This document shows, in pieces, positions 1-13,950 of a DNA stretch of 64,000 nucleotides. A program made the translations under genes and the position numbers. How positions within the stretch are numbered: the stretch's first letter is position 1; each line of letters starts with the position of its first letter. The notes beneath the pieces were generated by a model, which ran no database searches, had not been told where the DNA came from, and saw only the letters and a program-made list of their open reading frames with translations. Source of the DNA: Selaginella moellendorffii (lineage: Eukaryota; Plantae; Lycopodiophyta); the NCBI RefSeq assembly GCF_000143415.4, contig NW_003314279.1, positions 744,130-808,129 on the forward strand, written 5' to 3'.

Positions 1-90
1 GTGATACCACCAGTTCCGGCAGCTCAGTTTCCACCATTGCAAGGAACAGAGTTCCTGGAAGATTTCATCCAGGACGAGCACTCGAGCTAG
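1..90 (+). CDS. Possible 3' end of an upstream gene (…VIPPVPAAQFPPLQGTEFLEDFIQDEHSS*), cut by the window edge
   Basis: Frame 1 is open to TAG at 88-90 and has coding-like GC content; no recognisable motif. Confidence 0.25.
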   Translation: MIPPVPAAQFPPLQGTEFLEDFIQDEHSS

Positions 91-170
91 AATTCCATCG
101 ACTGTTTTTTTCTTCCTTCTGGTAAGAGCACCCTGTAGATAACTTATCATTGTATCATAGTTGTACAGTT

Positions 171-3062
<2,892 letters not shown>

Positions 3063-3200
3063 AGATCTCGAGCTATGGCAAAATACCTCTGTTTAGGGGT
3101 TTAGACTTCTCGCTAAATTAAAATTTAAAAACGTCTCGCCCCAGGTTTCGACCCCTGGACGTCACAGTACTTGGCCAGAACAAAGATGGTAATGGAATAC

Positions 3201-4286
3201 CTAGAAGTGTAGCACGGCTCCCTGGCAGTGGTAAAACGTAAGCAGCAGCGCTCTATACAACTGCCTGGAGTTCTTCAAATCGGTCACGTCCTCTCCGCCT
3301 TTGCTGGTGACGAAGAACGCATCGTTTCTAAACAACACGGCGGACGAAGAATTGGAGACGAGATCCAAGCTTGACAACGACGATGGCGACGAGGCAGCGA
3401 ACGGGAGAAAGTAGCGCGACACGATCCCGACCTCCTTCCAACCGTGTTCTTTGTCATCGTCAAGCCTCCCCACGTACCCAGCCTGATTGATCACGTATAA
3501 GTGATCGCCAGTCGCCACGAACTCGCCCTCGCGTAGATTTCCCTCCAAACCTCGCGAGAGTTTCCACCGCCCGGTGTCGCTGCTGCTGCTGCTGCTACTA
3601 CTCCTGGGATCGAAAACGAGCACCCTCCTGTTCCTGCCGGCCCGCCCCTTGACGTAAAGTTTGCTCTGGAACACCGCGAAGCTCTCGATGTGGTTGAAGC
3701 CAAACGGCATCGATTCCAGCAGCGTCCACTTGTCCAGCTCGCTGTCGTAGGCCTCTGTACTTTGCTCGTTGTCGCAACCACCGGCAACGTACAAGGTTCC
3801 CTCGATGAAACAGCACGCAAAGTAGGACCTTGCGATCTTCATCCTGGATCCGGTCGTCCAGCTGCTCGTCGCCGCGTCGAAAATGGTCACTCCCGAGTGG
3901 TTTTGAAACTCTATCCCATCGTGACTGGCCGACGATCCCCCGAGGACGAACAGGCGGTGACCCTGGCTCGCACAGCCGACTCCCATCAGGTCCAAGTGTT
4001 TCTCTGCTTCCATCGGGCCTTTGATCCTGTGGCTGGCGGCCGAGTTGAAATCATAAGCGAGGAGCCGGGCGGACTTGTACAAGCGGGAGTTCCTTGGTAC
4101 GACGAGGACCAGCCAATCGTCCACGAGGAGGTGCCTCTGGCGCAGGAGATAAAACTGCTTGCTGCTCACGAGCTCGTTCCAAGCCTTGGAAACGCATCGG
4201 ATCCTGAGAAGGGAGAACTTTGGCAGCCGAATCAAGCACTGGAGCGCTATGTCATCTGGGAGACCGGGTATCACCATGCTGTGCAA
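3201..4286 (-). CDS. F-box/kelch-repeat protein
   Basis: N-terminal F-box IPGLPDDIALQCLIRLP…RCVSKAW, then kelch repeats (LFVLGG…W, LYVAGG…AYDSELDKW, KLYV). Intronless 361-aa ORF. Confidence 0.92.
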   Translation of the reverse strand: MHSMVIPGLPDDIALQCLIRLPKFSLLRIRCVSKAWNELVSSKQFYLLRQRHLLVDDWLVLVVPRNSRLYKSARLLAYDFNSAASHRIKGPMEAEKHLDLMGVGCASQGHRLFVLGGSSASHDGIEFQNHSGVTIFDAATSSWTTGSRMKIARSYFACCFIEGTLYVAGGCDNEQSTEAYDSELDKWTLLESMPFGFNHIESFAVFQSKLYVKGRAGRNRRVLVFDPRSSSSSSSSDTGRWKLSRGLEGNLREGEFVATGDHLYVINQAGYVGRLDDDKEHGWKEVGIVSRYFLPFAASSPSSLSSLDLVSNSSSAVLFRNDAFFVTSKGGEDVTDLKNSRQLYRALLLTFYHCQGAVLHF

Positions 4287-4578
4287 AAATGAATCATCTG
4301 CTGCCTGCCGTGAGATGAGAGGAGTGAATCTTGCTCTTCCTAACTTGCAACTTCGGAAAAGAAGAAATTTGTACCTGTCAGTCTACCTGAATTTGCTCGT
4401 CAGTGACTGGTTGGTGCAATTGCGCGTCCAGAGCCAAGGACAGCAACGGGTGGAGCTACGAAGGTCACGTTACTAGAAAGGAGCGTTGACAAGCTCACTG
4501 GAACGAAAAAGTTTAGCGAAAGAAAGTTCGACGAGAAGAAAAGAGTAAAGAGAGAAAAAAGAAAGCTAAAAGCTCTTT

Positions 4579-5791
4579 TCAACTGTTTGCCTTCTTGAGC
4601 AGAGACTTCCTCCAGGCCCAGTAGTTCCGGCGCATCGAATCTGCCACTTCCAGGCGCTCACAGACTTGTCTCGCAAGTTGCTCTGGCGACAATCCCTCCG
4701 AGGGGAAGTCCAGCAGCCTGCAATCGTCAGCTGTGGGCCGATAACCACGGCATAGCAGCTCCAGGAGAAAGTTGAGCGCGTGGACAGAGATCTTGTCCTT
4801 GGCAAGCTCTTCGATGCAGACACGGATGACCTCCGGACTTCTCACAAGAGCGCTCTTGTCGTCCTTAAACAAGCCCCCCAAGTACCTCCATGCACTTTCA
4901 TTGTCCGGGGCGAACCTGATCGCGTCGCAGCAAAACTTGAGCTCGGAATCTTTGGCAGCAACGAGGCCACCTATCGCAGGACTGTTGGTGATCACAAAGA
5001 AGCGCTGTAGGGAGCACAAGAGAAACACCATAAGGGACAAGCATTGTTGTCTAGGATATATACCTGGTTCCACACAGAGTTGTTGTACACATCTTCCTGA
5101 AGCATCTGGACGAGAAACTCGAGCTCTTTCTCCCAACCTCCAAGTTTTTCCAGAACCCACTGCACATTCATACCATAAATGAATGAGAACGACTGAATCA
5201 GTATAGTACTTCTTTACCTGTCTGTGTGACCAGGCGTGATAATTCTTGCCATCTTCGCTGAGAATATTGGCCGTGAATTCCAACTCAGCGTTCATACAAG
5301 CCGGTCCGCGCTTTTCAGCTAGCCATCGCCGGTGATGCCTGCGTGATAAAAGAAGAGAAAAGGTTCGGTTAGTGCTTTTAGACGAACCAAACACTTACCA
5401 GATTTGATAGTTTTTAGCATTGTCCTCTGCCATATTCTCGATGAAGTCCATTTCTTTATCCAAATCTCCTTCGATAGCTTCAAGAACTAGCCTCCGAAAA
5501 TGCCAAACCTGGAGAAGAAAGATCAGATCCAAGAAAATACAAGAAGGGACTTACCGTGTAGTTCCCAGGATTCAAGGCAATGACTTCTCCAGTGAGATTC
5601 AGTGCTCGTGCCGAGCGCTCGTCTCTGGCAACCACAGCTCGAAAGTAATCCATGACTTCCCGGAACTGGCTTGTGTAAGCGATTGGCACGACAGGATTTG
5701 GACCATCGTCCTGAGGAATAGGCTCTACATCCTTCCACTCTTCACGCTCCCTGAGCGGGATCCACACTTCCTCGTCGTCGTCACTACTCAT
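4579..5791 (-). CDS. FTA: Protein farnesyltransferase/geranylgeranyltransferase type-1 alpha subunit; multi-exon
   Basis: Start [42 protein letters not shown] repeats [42 protein letters not shown]; C-terminal [13 protein letters not shown]. Short GT-AG introns. Confidence 0.93.
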
Positions 5792-5880
5792 TTGGAGCTG
5801 GAATCCATCCACCACCAACACCCAAGTCAGCCACACCCAAGCTCTCCCTCAGGAAAACTTACGTGAGTTTTACGTAGTTT

Positions 5881-6185
5881 TCACGAAATGTGCTTGGGCT
5901 GTGAGCGTGGCGCGGCAAATTTCCAAGCATCCGCGTCCAGGAGCTTCTCCTCCTTGCGAAGAGACTGGAGAAGATCCTCGAGAAGCGCTGCGTCCACACA
6001 ATGCGATGCTCTCAACGCGATATTTCCAGAAATCCAAAGACAACCCCACCTCTCTCGGTCTCCGCCTTGCGATCCTCCTTGAGCGTCAGCTCCTCGGCAA
6101 ATCGCTCGAACAGAGAATCCTCCACCACTGCCGCCGCGGAGGAAGACGAAGCTCGCGCAGGCGATCCGGTCACACCGCTCTGCAT
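5881..6185 (-). CDS. SAMBA: SAMBA homologue (plant APC/C regulator), 2 exons: 6185-6050 and 5987-5881, 80 aa
   Basis: Removing a 62-bp GT-AG intron (6049-5988) joins two frames into MQSGVTGSPARASSSS…EDRKAETERALLEDLLQSLRKEEKLLDADAWKFAAPRSQPKHIS*. This matches the remembered SAMBA pattern SPA-rich N-terminus + ERKxEA..L..DL...L.KE.K.LDED.W.F..PRS. Confidence 0.8.
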
Positions 6186-6197
6186 CGCTCCATCCAA

Positions 6198-6206
6198 AAA
6201 CCCTAG
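6198..6206 (+). promoter_or_regulatory. Telo-box-like element (AAACCCTAG) in the 53-bp divergent gap between SAMBA and the PPR gene
   Basis: AAACCCTA sits between the two head-to-head start codons. Confidence 0.4.
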
Positions 6207-6238
6207 CCCTCCCTCTATTTGAAATATCAAAGCAATGA

Positions 6239-7930
6239 ATGGTGCGCAACCTCGCCAAGAACACGCACACCACGGCGGCCTTGGATCCACCAGAGATCGC
6301 CTCCTACGCATCCACTCTCCGGCAATGCAATCGCTCGCGAAATCTGGCCCTGGGAAGGACAATCCACAAGAAACTCCGAGAGCTCGGGCTGGATCGGGTC
6401 ACGACTCTCAGCAATCTCCTCATCCAGATGTATGGGAGCTGCCACTGCGTCGCGGAGGCGTCCCGGATCTTCGCCACGATCAAGGAGCCCAACGATTTCT
6501 CATGGAGCGTGATGCTCACAGCATATGCCCGAAATGGGCATCTTGCGGAGGCGCGGCGGTGCTTCGATCGAATGCCGCGCGCGTGGAGAGGAGTCTTCAC
6601 CTTCAACACCCTCATGCTGGCCTACGCGCGGAAGGGAGACCTCCGCGAGGCGAGAGATCTCTTCGATCGCATGCTCTCTCGCAACACATTCTCGTGGAAC
6701 GCGATGATCTCCTCCTACGCGCGCGGCGGCAATCCTCGCGAGGCGCTGGAGCTCTGGAGAGCGATGGACATCGACCCCGATAGCATCACGCTCGCCAGTG
6801 CGCTCCACGCTTGCTGCGAGCTCACCGATCTGGACGAGGGCAGGAAGATCCACGCGAGGATCAAACACTCGGGGCTGGAATCCGACATCATCCTGGCCAC
6901 CGCGCTCGTCAATCTCTACGGGCGATGCGGCCGCGTGATGGACGCCCAGGAGATCTTCCACTCCATGGCCGATTCCCAGGACGTGGTCCTGTGGACCGCG
7001 ATGCAAATGGCGCTGGCGCGCAACGGCCGATTGATCCAGGCCAGCGCCCTCTTCGATCGGATGCCGCGCCGGGACGTGGTCTCCTGGACGAACATGCTGG
7101 TGGCGCACGCCAGCGATGGCGATCTGGGCCGCGCGGCTCGTATCTTCGGGGCGATGCCCGAGAGGAGCTCCGTGACCTGGACTGCGATGATCACGGCCTA
7201 CGCCCAGAACGGCCGCCCGCGCGCCGCGATCCACCTCTTCCTCGCCATGGATTGCGAGGGCTTCCCGGCCAACAGCGTCACATTCGTCACGATCTTCGAC
7301 GCTTGCTCCAGCGTCGCGGACATCGCTCTAGGCCGGAGGCTCCACGCGGAGCTCCTGGATCTGGGCGCCGGGCAGCCGCCCCAGATCGATGTCTCGCTCG
7401 GCACCGCGATCGTCAACATGTATGGCAAGTGCGGCAGTCTCTCGGAAGCGCGATCGTTCTTCGATTCCATGCCGGATCGCAATGCCTGGTCCTGGAACTC
7501 CATGCTCGCAGCGTATGCTCAGAGAGGGCAAACGCTCGCCGCCATGGATCTCTTCAAGCTTCTCAATCTCCACGGCCAAGATCCCGACGAGGTCTCCTTC
7601 CTCGCGCTCTTCTCTGCGTGTAGCCATGCGGGGCTCCTCCGCGATGGCCACTGCTACTTCGTGTCGATCACGCACGACTATGGGCAGCGCCTGACGATCG
7701 ATCACTACGTCTGCATGATCGATCTCCTGTGCCGCGCTGGGCGGCTCGCTCACGCGGAGGAGCTCCTCCACGCCATGCCCTTCGCGCCCAGCTCCACCGC
7801 CTGGACGGCGCTCCTCAATGGGTGTGAGATGCATCGCGATGTGGAGCGAGCGCGGGGGATTCCTGGGCGAGCGCTGGGTGACGATCACGGCCCCTATGTC
7901 TTGCTCTCCAATGCGATGCTCGTGTCATAG
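6239..7930 (+). CDS. PLS-class pentatricopeptide repeat protein with truncated E domain
   Basis: 563-aa intronless ORF. Repeated VVSWxxM…A..LFDRMP motifs, MYGKCGSL.EAR, HYVCMIDLLCRAGRL and E-domain PYVLLSN. Confidence 0.93.
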   Translation: MVRNLAKNTHTTAALDPPEIASYASTLRQCNRSRNLALGRTIHKKLRELGLDRVTTLSNLLIQMYGSCHCVAEASRIFATIKEPNDFSWSVMLTAYARNGHLAEARRCFDRMPRAWRGVFTFNTLMLAYARKGDLREARDLFDRMLSRNTFSWNAMISSYARGGNPREALELWRAMDIDPDSITLASALHACCELTDLDEGRKIHARIKHSGLESDIILATALVNLYGRCGRVMDAQEIFHSMADSQDVVLWTAMQMALARNGRLIQASALFDRMPRRDVVSWTNMLVAHASDGDLGRAARIFGAMPERSSVTWTAMITAYAQNGRPRAAIHLFLAMDCEGFPANSVTFVTIFDACSSVADIALGRRLHAELLDLGAGQPPQIDVSLGTAIVNMYGKCGSLSEARSFFDSMPDRNAWSWNSMLAAYAQRGQTLAAMDLFKLLNLHGQDPDEVSFLALFSACSHAGLLRDGHCYFVSITHDYGQRLTIDHYVCMIDLLCRAGRLAHAEELLHAMPFAPSSTAWTALLNGCEMHRDVERARGIPGRALGDDHGPYVLLSNAMLVS

Positions 7931-9724
7931 ATCATCGCTAGAGGCACAGATCTTCGCGAGCGAGATGTAAGGTGAGGAGCTACCGGGGGTCATCTCGGAG
8001 ATCAAGCTCGCAGCTCTCCAAGCTCCCTCGGTTTTCATCCCACCAAGCGAGCAAGCTCCAAGCAGCGCTCCCCAGGTGGGATGATCCGGGTGGTATGGCA
8101 TGCTATCGATAAGCTCCTCGGCCGCCACCAATCGCCCAGATCGAGCCAGGAGATTGACAAGCCACGCGTAGTGCTCCGCCTTTGCTGCGATCCCAAAGTC
8201 CACAGCCATGGACGTCCAGAGCTCCCATCCCCGCTCGAGTAGCCCCTCGTAAGCACACACCGAGAGAACCCCCAGGAACGTCACGTCGTGTGGATCGACT
8301 CCTTGGTGGATCATCTCCACGAAGAGCTGGAGGGCGCGCTCCCGGTTACCGCTTTGGACGTCGGCGGTGATCATCGCGGTCCACGACACCGAGTCGCGCT
8401 CCTCCATGGCATCAAAGTGCCTCTTTGCGTTCTCGAAGCTGCCACACTTGGCATACATTGAGATGAAGGAGTTTCCAAGCTCGACACTCCCCCGGCTTCC
8501 TCCAATCTCCTCGTCGATGAGCATTCCGGGAGTGAGCGCCGAGGCCTGCGAGCACGCATCGATCAGGCACAGGAAAGTTATCCCGTTGGGACGAACTCCC
8601 TCGATGATCATGAGCTTGAACAGCTCCAGCGCCTCGATCGGCCGCTCGCTCCGCGTGTAGCACGTGAGCATCGCGTTCCACGACACCAGGTCGCGCTCCG
8701 GCATGCCGTCGAAGATCCTCCTCGTCTCCTCGAAGTGCGCCATCTGCGAACACGCCAGAAACATGCTCGTCCATGACCGGATGTTCCACTGTGCCATTTT
8801 TTCAAACACTAGCCTCGCGCTCCCCAGATCGTTTCCCTGGCCGTATGCAGCGATCAGCGCGTTCCAGGATCCCGCGTCTCGGTCCATCGCGAGGAAGATC
8901 TTCCTGGCTTGATCGATGTTTCCGGCTTCGGCATACCCGAACAGCATGCTCGTCCAAGTGATGGAGTTCGGACAAGGGACGCTCTGGAACAGCCTCCTGG
9001 CCTCCTCGAGCATTCCAGTGCGCGTGTAGGCGGGAAAGATCGAGTTCCACGACACCGAGTCTCGGGCTGGAATGCGATCGAAGAGTGCCCGCGCTGCTCG
9101 AACATCCCCAGCCTGGGCATTTGCCGTGATTAGAGCATTCCACGACACGATGTTTCTCTCGGGCATTTTGTCGAATAGAAACTTTGCTTCCTGGAGCTGG
9201 CCAGTTTGGGAGAGCCCGGAAAGAAAAGCCGTCCACGACACCACGTTGACGACAGGCATTCTTGTAAAGAATCTGCTTGCTTCAAGACAATCCCCGGACT
9301 GGGCATATGCAGAGACCATAGAGTTCCAAGACGCAACATCGCGCTGGGCCATTTTATCAAACATTTCTCTTGACTCGGCAATGTTTTCAGAATCCGCTAA
9401 TGCAACCATGACCGCATTGGAGGAAACCGCGCTGTGCTCTGGCATTTTCCAGAACCATTTCCCGGCCTCGTTAAGATACCCGTTTTGGGCAAGAAGTGCC
9501 ACCATGATTGTCCACGAGAAAACGTTTCTCCAGCGCAACCTCTCAAACGCTGCTCTCGCTTCGTCCAGGCTTCCCAGCCGCCCAAACATTTGGATGATGT
9601 GGTTGCCCAGAAACTTTTGGCTGTCCAGGCCCTTCCTTGCGAGCTCCCAGTGCAATTGCCGTCCATCTGACAGATGGTTACAAGCTTTCAACTTCAAAGC
9701 ATAATCAGCCTCCACAAGCCTCAT
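7925..9724 (-). CDS. PLS-class pentatricopeptide repeat protein with E domain
   Basis: 599-aa intronless ORF with many short S-type motifs (VVSWN…FDKMPER), MYAKCGS, EHYAWLVNLLARSGRL, TWGALLGAC and SPYISL. Confidence 0.93.
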   Translation of the reverse strand: MRLVEADYALKLKACNHLSDGRQLHWELARKGLDSQKFLGNHIIQMFGRLGSLDEARAAFERLRWRNVFSWTIMVALLAQNGYLNEAGKWFWKMPEHSAVSSNAVMVALADSENIAESREMFDKMAQRDVASWNSMVSAYAQSGDCLEASRFFTRMPVVNVVSWTAFLSGLSQTGQLQEAKFLFDKMPERNIVSWNALITANAQAGDVRAARALFDRIPARDSVSWNSIFPAYTRTGMLEEARRLFQSVPCPNSITWTSMLFGYAEAGNIDQARKIFLAMDRDAGSWNALIAAYGQGNDLGSARLVFEKMAQWNIRSWTSMFLACSQMAHFEETRRIFDGMPERDLVSWNAMLTCYTRSERPIEALELFKLMIIEGVRPNGITFLCLIDACSQASALTPGMLIDEEIGGSRGSVELGNSFISMYAKCGSFENAKRHFDAMEERDSVSWTAMITADVQSGNRERALQLFVEMIHQGVDPHDVTFLGVLSVCAYEGLLERGWELWTSMAVDFGIAAKAEHYAWLVNLLARSGRLVAAEELIDSMPYHPDHPTWGALLGACSLGGMKTEGAWRAASLISEMTPGSSSPYISLAKICASSDDL

Positions 9725-9844
9725 GAAATGCCATCCATACAGGAATTACTAAGTACTTTCAAACATTCTTTGGCTTATTGTACTGGAGTTGCACATTTAT
9801 TATTTTAGACTAAAATTTAAACTATGTTTTAAAGGAAATGATTA

Positions 9845-9853
9845 CACACACAC

Positions 9854-9885
<32 letters not shown>
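9845..9885. repeat. (CA)n followed by (AT)n microsatellite
   Basis: acacacacaca-g-atatat… run; marks the switch from GC-rich genes to AT-rich repeats. Confidence 0.9.
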
Positions 9886-9891
<6 letters not shown>

Positions 9892-10019
9892 ATTATAAAA
9901 ATATAGCATATTGATTGTTGTTAATTTTGGTTTTGGGATATTGTTTCTTTCATGTGATACATTAGTGAATATTTATTTATTAGATAATAATATTTTCTAT
10001 ACTTTAAGTTATTTTTTAC

Positions 10020-11110
10020 AAGTTATTTAGTATATTATCTAAGATATCTAGTAATTAAGCTTTATCATTTACTTAGTGATATACTTGCTATTGAATTCTC
10101 TCAAGATGGTTAATCCTAAGTCTCTTGATTCTTGGTAGTTCCTATACTTTACTGGTTTATTAAATGATAATTTAATTAGAATATATTTAAAAGAATATTA
10201 TGAGTTTTACCATGATTTCTTTTTTTGCATTGAAGTTAGTTCATGTAAGACTTATGATTATTGTTAGCTAAAACTTGACTATAAGTTTCTTCAAGCTTTT
10301 TATTTTTTAAATTCTCATACTTATTATTTTATTTGTTAGGAGTTGTTGAAAAAGGCATTTTGGCTCATTAATTCCAAAGTAAAAATGGTATTTACATCTA
10401 GCAATCATCAGTAATGATTGACTATCATTTAGGATAATTGATTGTTCTTATCAAAGATTTTGTTTAATTATTGTTGATATAGAATGATTTGCCGTTCTTT
10501 AGGATAATAGATTTTTTCTTTGATAATGATTATGCATTTTTTTATTTATGGGATAATTGATGATCTTTTATGACAATTAATTATTATTTTTTATGGTTTT
10601 TAGCTGTTCATATTACCATATATTTTTTGTGGTTTACTCTAGATTAATCTATTAAGTTTGAGATATTAGTAAGATATTGTTGATGCTTACTTAAGTAACT
10701 TGAGTTTTTTGGTATTATTAATTGAGATCTATTCAAATTCCCTAGTGTGATAGTTGGAATGAATAAGTATTTGGTAGTCTTGCAGTATTCATTTTATTTT
10801 GTTAATTGTTGCTATAGTTGGTTTTAATACATTTGAATGTTATTTCTTTTGATATATTTGTAAGCATTTTGCTTGAGTCAATGATACTTTATATTCTTTA
10901 GGTTATCTTTCGTTAATTGTTTAGCATGCTATCTACAATCTTTAGTAATTAAGTTTTATCATTGGGTTTTCTTGATGATATACTTGCTATTGAATTTTGT
11001 TAAATAGTTAATCCTATGACTTTTAACCTTTAATGATTTTAGTGGTTTTTATACTTCTTTATTAGATGATAACTTAATTGAAATGCTTTTGTGTTCTAAT
11101 ATAAGACTTA
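10020..11110 (+). mobile_element. Decayed copy of the LTR-element internal region also seen at about 60.95-62.0 kb (inverted relative to it)
   Basis: 10205-10360 matches the reverse complement of about 61790-61950 (catgattt…gcattgaagttagttcatgt…cttcaagcttt). An internal duplicated unit starts near 10050 and near 10945. Boundaries are approximate. Confidence 0.7.
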
Positions 11111-11899
11111 TTCAATGATAATTTGGTCTCTAACATATTATTACCTCTAACTTTGATATTATCCATCTCTTAATCTTTGGGTTTGGGTTAATATAGGTAG
11201 ATTAGTTTTGGCATTTTGTGTATATGGTGAAATCTTTAGTTATGGGGTAAATATTATCAACTGATCACATCACTCACCTCTCTCTTAATGTTCCTTATTC
11301 CATAAAAAGTGTATGACTATGTAAACAACTTTAACTACTTATTTATAATAGTCAATTTAAGCCTTATCAATATGTTTGGTTTGTTTACTCATAAAGGTTA
11401 GGGCCTATCACTTCTCTCTTTATATCATTTATAAGCATAGGCATATCATCTTTTATAAGTTGGATGACATGCAAAATAGCAAAGATGGCTAACTCTATTG
11501 GTAATTTTGTTGTTGGTGATGGCTAAAAGGTGTCTATGTTAGAGCGCATGATAAAGAAGTTACCCTTTAACTTATTTAAGTTAGTGCATTTCTTACAACA
11601 TATGAACACCATAAACTTTTTCTGAAGTTGTTTCTTTGCCATGGAATTGCTCAATAATGCTGTCTGGGTCTACATGGATTATTTGTTAAATAAAGCCTTT
11701 ATTGTCTAGAAAAACAAACCTTGGGTTGAGTTTTGTTAAAGCACGAAACTAGTAAAGAACTTTAATAAGAGGTTTCGTTATGCACAAAACCAACAAAGAG
11801 TAGAATCTTCATATGAAGGTACTTCTAGAGAACTTGTCTCACCTTTTTATCTCATGCCTTTGTCTTCACCTTGAGTAAAACCAGTACAAAGACAATGGG

Positions 11900-13950
11900 A
11901 GAAACACCACAAAACGAGGTGCTAAGGGGTCTTATTTTGAAAAGGGAGTCACTCACAAACTTAACAACATAACACTGTTGCAATTATGAAGTTTGGAACA
12001 TTTGTGCATGGCTTTTACATCATTCTCAAAGCATCTCCTCCACTTGTAGCAAGTTTTCTAGTGATGTAGACTCCATCAATTCTCCTTAAATTCAATGAAA
12101 TGCCACTTTGGAGTCACTCAAGGGCATTCACTTGGCTTTGACATCTCAACTAAGGGATCCAGCCTCATACAGCCAAGTGTTGGGAAATTCTCTAGCAAGC
12201 TCAGCCTATAAAACTATGTATTTTTCTCAGTTAGATTATTGATTCATCAAGGACTACATTGGTTTGACTCACCCTCTAGTGGCCTTACTCAAGGATGGCA
12301 TGAACTTTGTATGGAGAGACTATGAATGGCAATTGTTTAAGAAACTTCAAACCATTCTCCAATCTCCACTAATCATGCAACTACCACATTTAAAAGAGTT
12401 GTTCCACATCTTCATTTCCATTGGAGAGGAAGCCTTTGGCATCTGCATATGCCCGTGTCCAAGACTACTCCAACCTTTACACTCAACATACTTTGCATTT
12501 CACTCCTCCACAATTGAGCAACAAAACATACTTGCAAAAAAAGAGGCTGTTGCGGTGGTGTATACTCTCTAGCATTTTTTACACTTGCTTTTCGGAGCTT
12601 GTATCCATTACACATTTATAGATGTGTTAATGTTCCTTTTATAGAGAGCACTTTAGACTTCATATACTTTATTGTGGATTTTCATGATCCAAGAGTTTTA
12701 GCCAGCTTTTGTGATGCAACACTAACATGTATATGACCCTAGCCAACTCACATTGCAGCCAACATGGAGTTTTTCACTATCCTTGCAACCCTTTAGGATG
12801 TAGCTGAGTACCTCAATAACAAGGCATATCCTCCATATTCATCTATGGAGTAGCAACAAGCCTTACACAACAAGGCTTGAGACTTTTGCCTCCTTGGTGG
12901 AGCACTTTATAGGTGTCTATGTTGTGTTTTGGAAGGATGGCATGAGCTCTAAAACAGCTCTGTGCTTTCCACACATATGCCGGCCATTTCTCAGGAAAGA
13001 CTATTGTCCAACTTCTACTCCATCACAAATACAACACTTTACCACAATGTAGTAGCATATGCAGAGGCTTGTGTCTAGTGTCAGAAGTGTCAAAAGTTCA
13101 ATCCTCCTAACCACATCCCACAATTTTTGTTTTAGCTTATCACCTTAGCAAGACCATTTTTCAAGTGGGGTTTGGGTTTTGTGGGGCTGATTTCCTTCAC
13201 AAGTGGGTTGAGGCAATGTCCTTGTAGCATGCTAATCAAGTTTCCACAATATGCTATAAATATATCATATGTTGTTTTAGAGTCTTTGTGATCCTTGTTT
13301 TAGATCACGGTGGTGTTTTCCTTAGGCAAGTCATGCAATGGCTCCTCCAGATCTTATAAATGTAACATGTGAAGAGCAATAGTTATTACCCTCAATCAAA
13401 CAGCCAAGCTAAGTCTAGCAACAAAATGTTAAGACCATTCTCTTAAAGCTCATTGAAGATCATCCACACTAATGATATAAGCACTTGCTGACAACACTTT
13501 GGGCTTTTAGGATGACAATTAAAAGCATTGTAGCAACCACTCTAGTCTCTCTAGTATATGGAGTTGAGGCTTTTCTTCTAGTCAATCTCCAAATCCCTTC
13601 AATTTAGCTTATTTTGTGACATGCAGTGAAATTTTGATTTACTGATGAGGAGTAGCCCCAAGCTTGAGCATGGGATCTTCTCAAACTTGATGAGCAACAT
13701 TATGTAGTAGCTGAGCACCTTCTTGCCACCAAGTGCAGGCACAAGGGATAATAGGATCAATTTCAACGAAATGAGCCCTTTCCCATTGGCCCGCTCATGA
13801 TGCTCTAGGACTTTGCACTTTCCACAAAGTTCTCTCCTAAAAAGCTTGGGGCCTTTCTTTATCAAAAAGCACATTGGAGGTAGTGTTTACATCCTCACAA
13901 AATGATCAAAGTTACACAAGGCACTATCACCTCAAAACTCTTTTAACCAG
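11900..13950 (+). mobile_element. Degenerate Ty3/Gypsy pol relic (RT connection/RNase H and integrase)
   Basis: THPLVALLKDGMNFVW…FKKLQTIL..PL (RT/RNase H linker) precedes integrase-like PFFKWGL.FVG, YYPQSNSQA..SNK, LWAFR and LVYGVEA. Many stops and frameshifts. Confidence 0.8.

Noticed and set aside
6235-9704. Alternative-frame and antisense ORFs overlapping the PPR genes (also those over the F-box and subtilase genes)
   Set aside because: Shadow ORFs expected in GC-rich coding DNA; the PPR frame explains the sequence.
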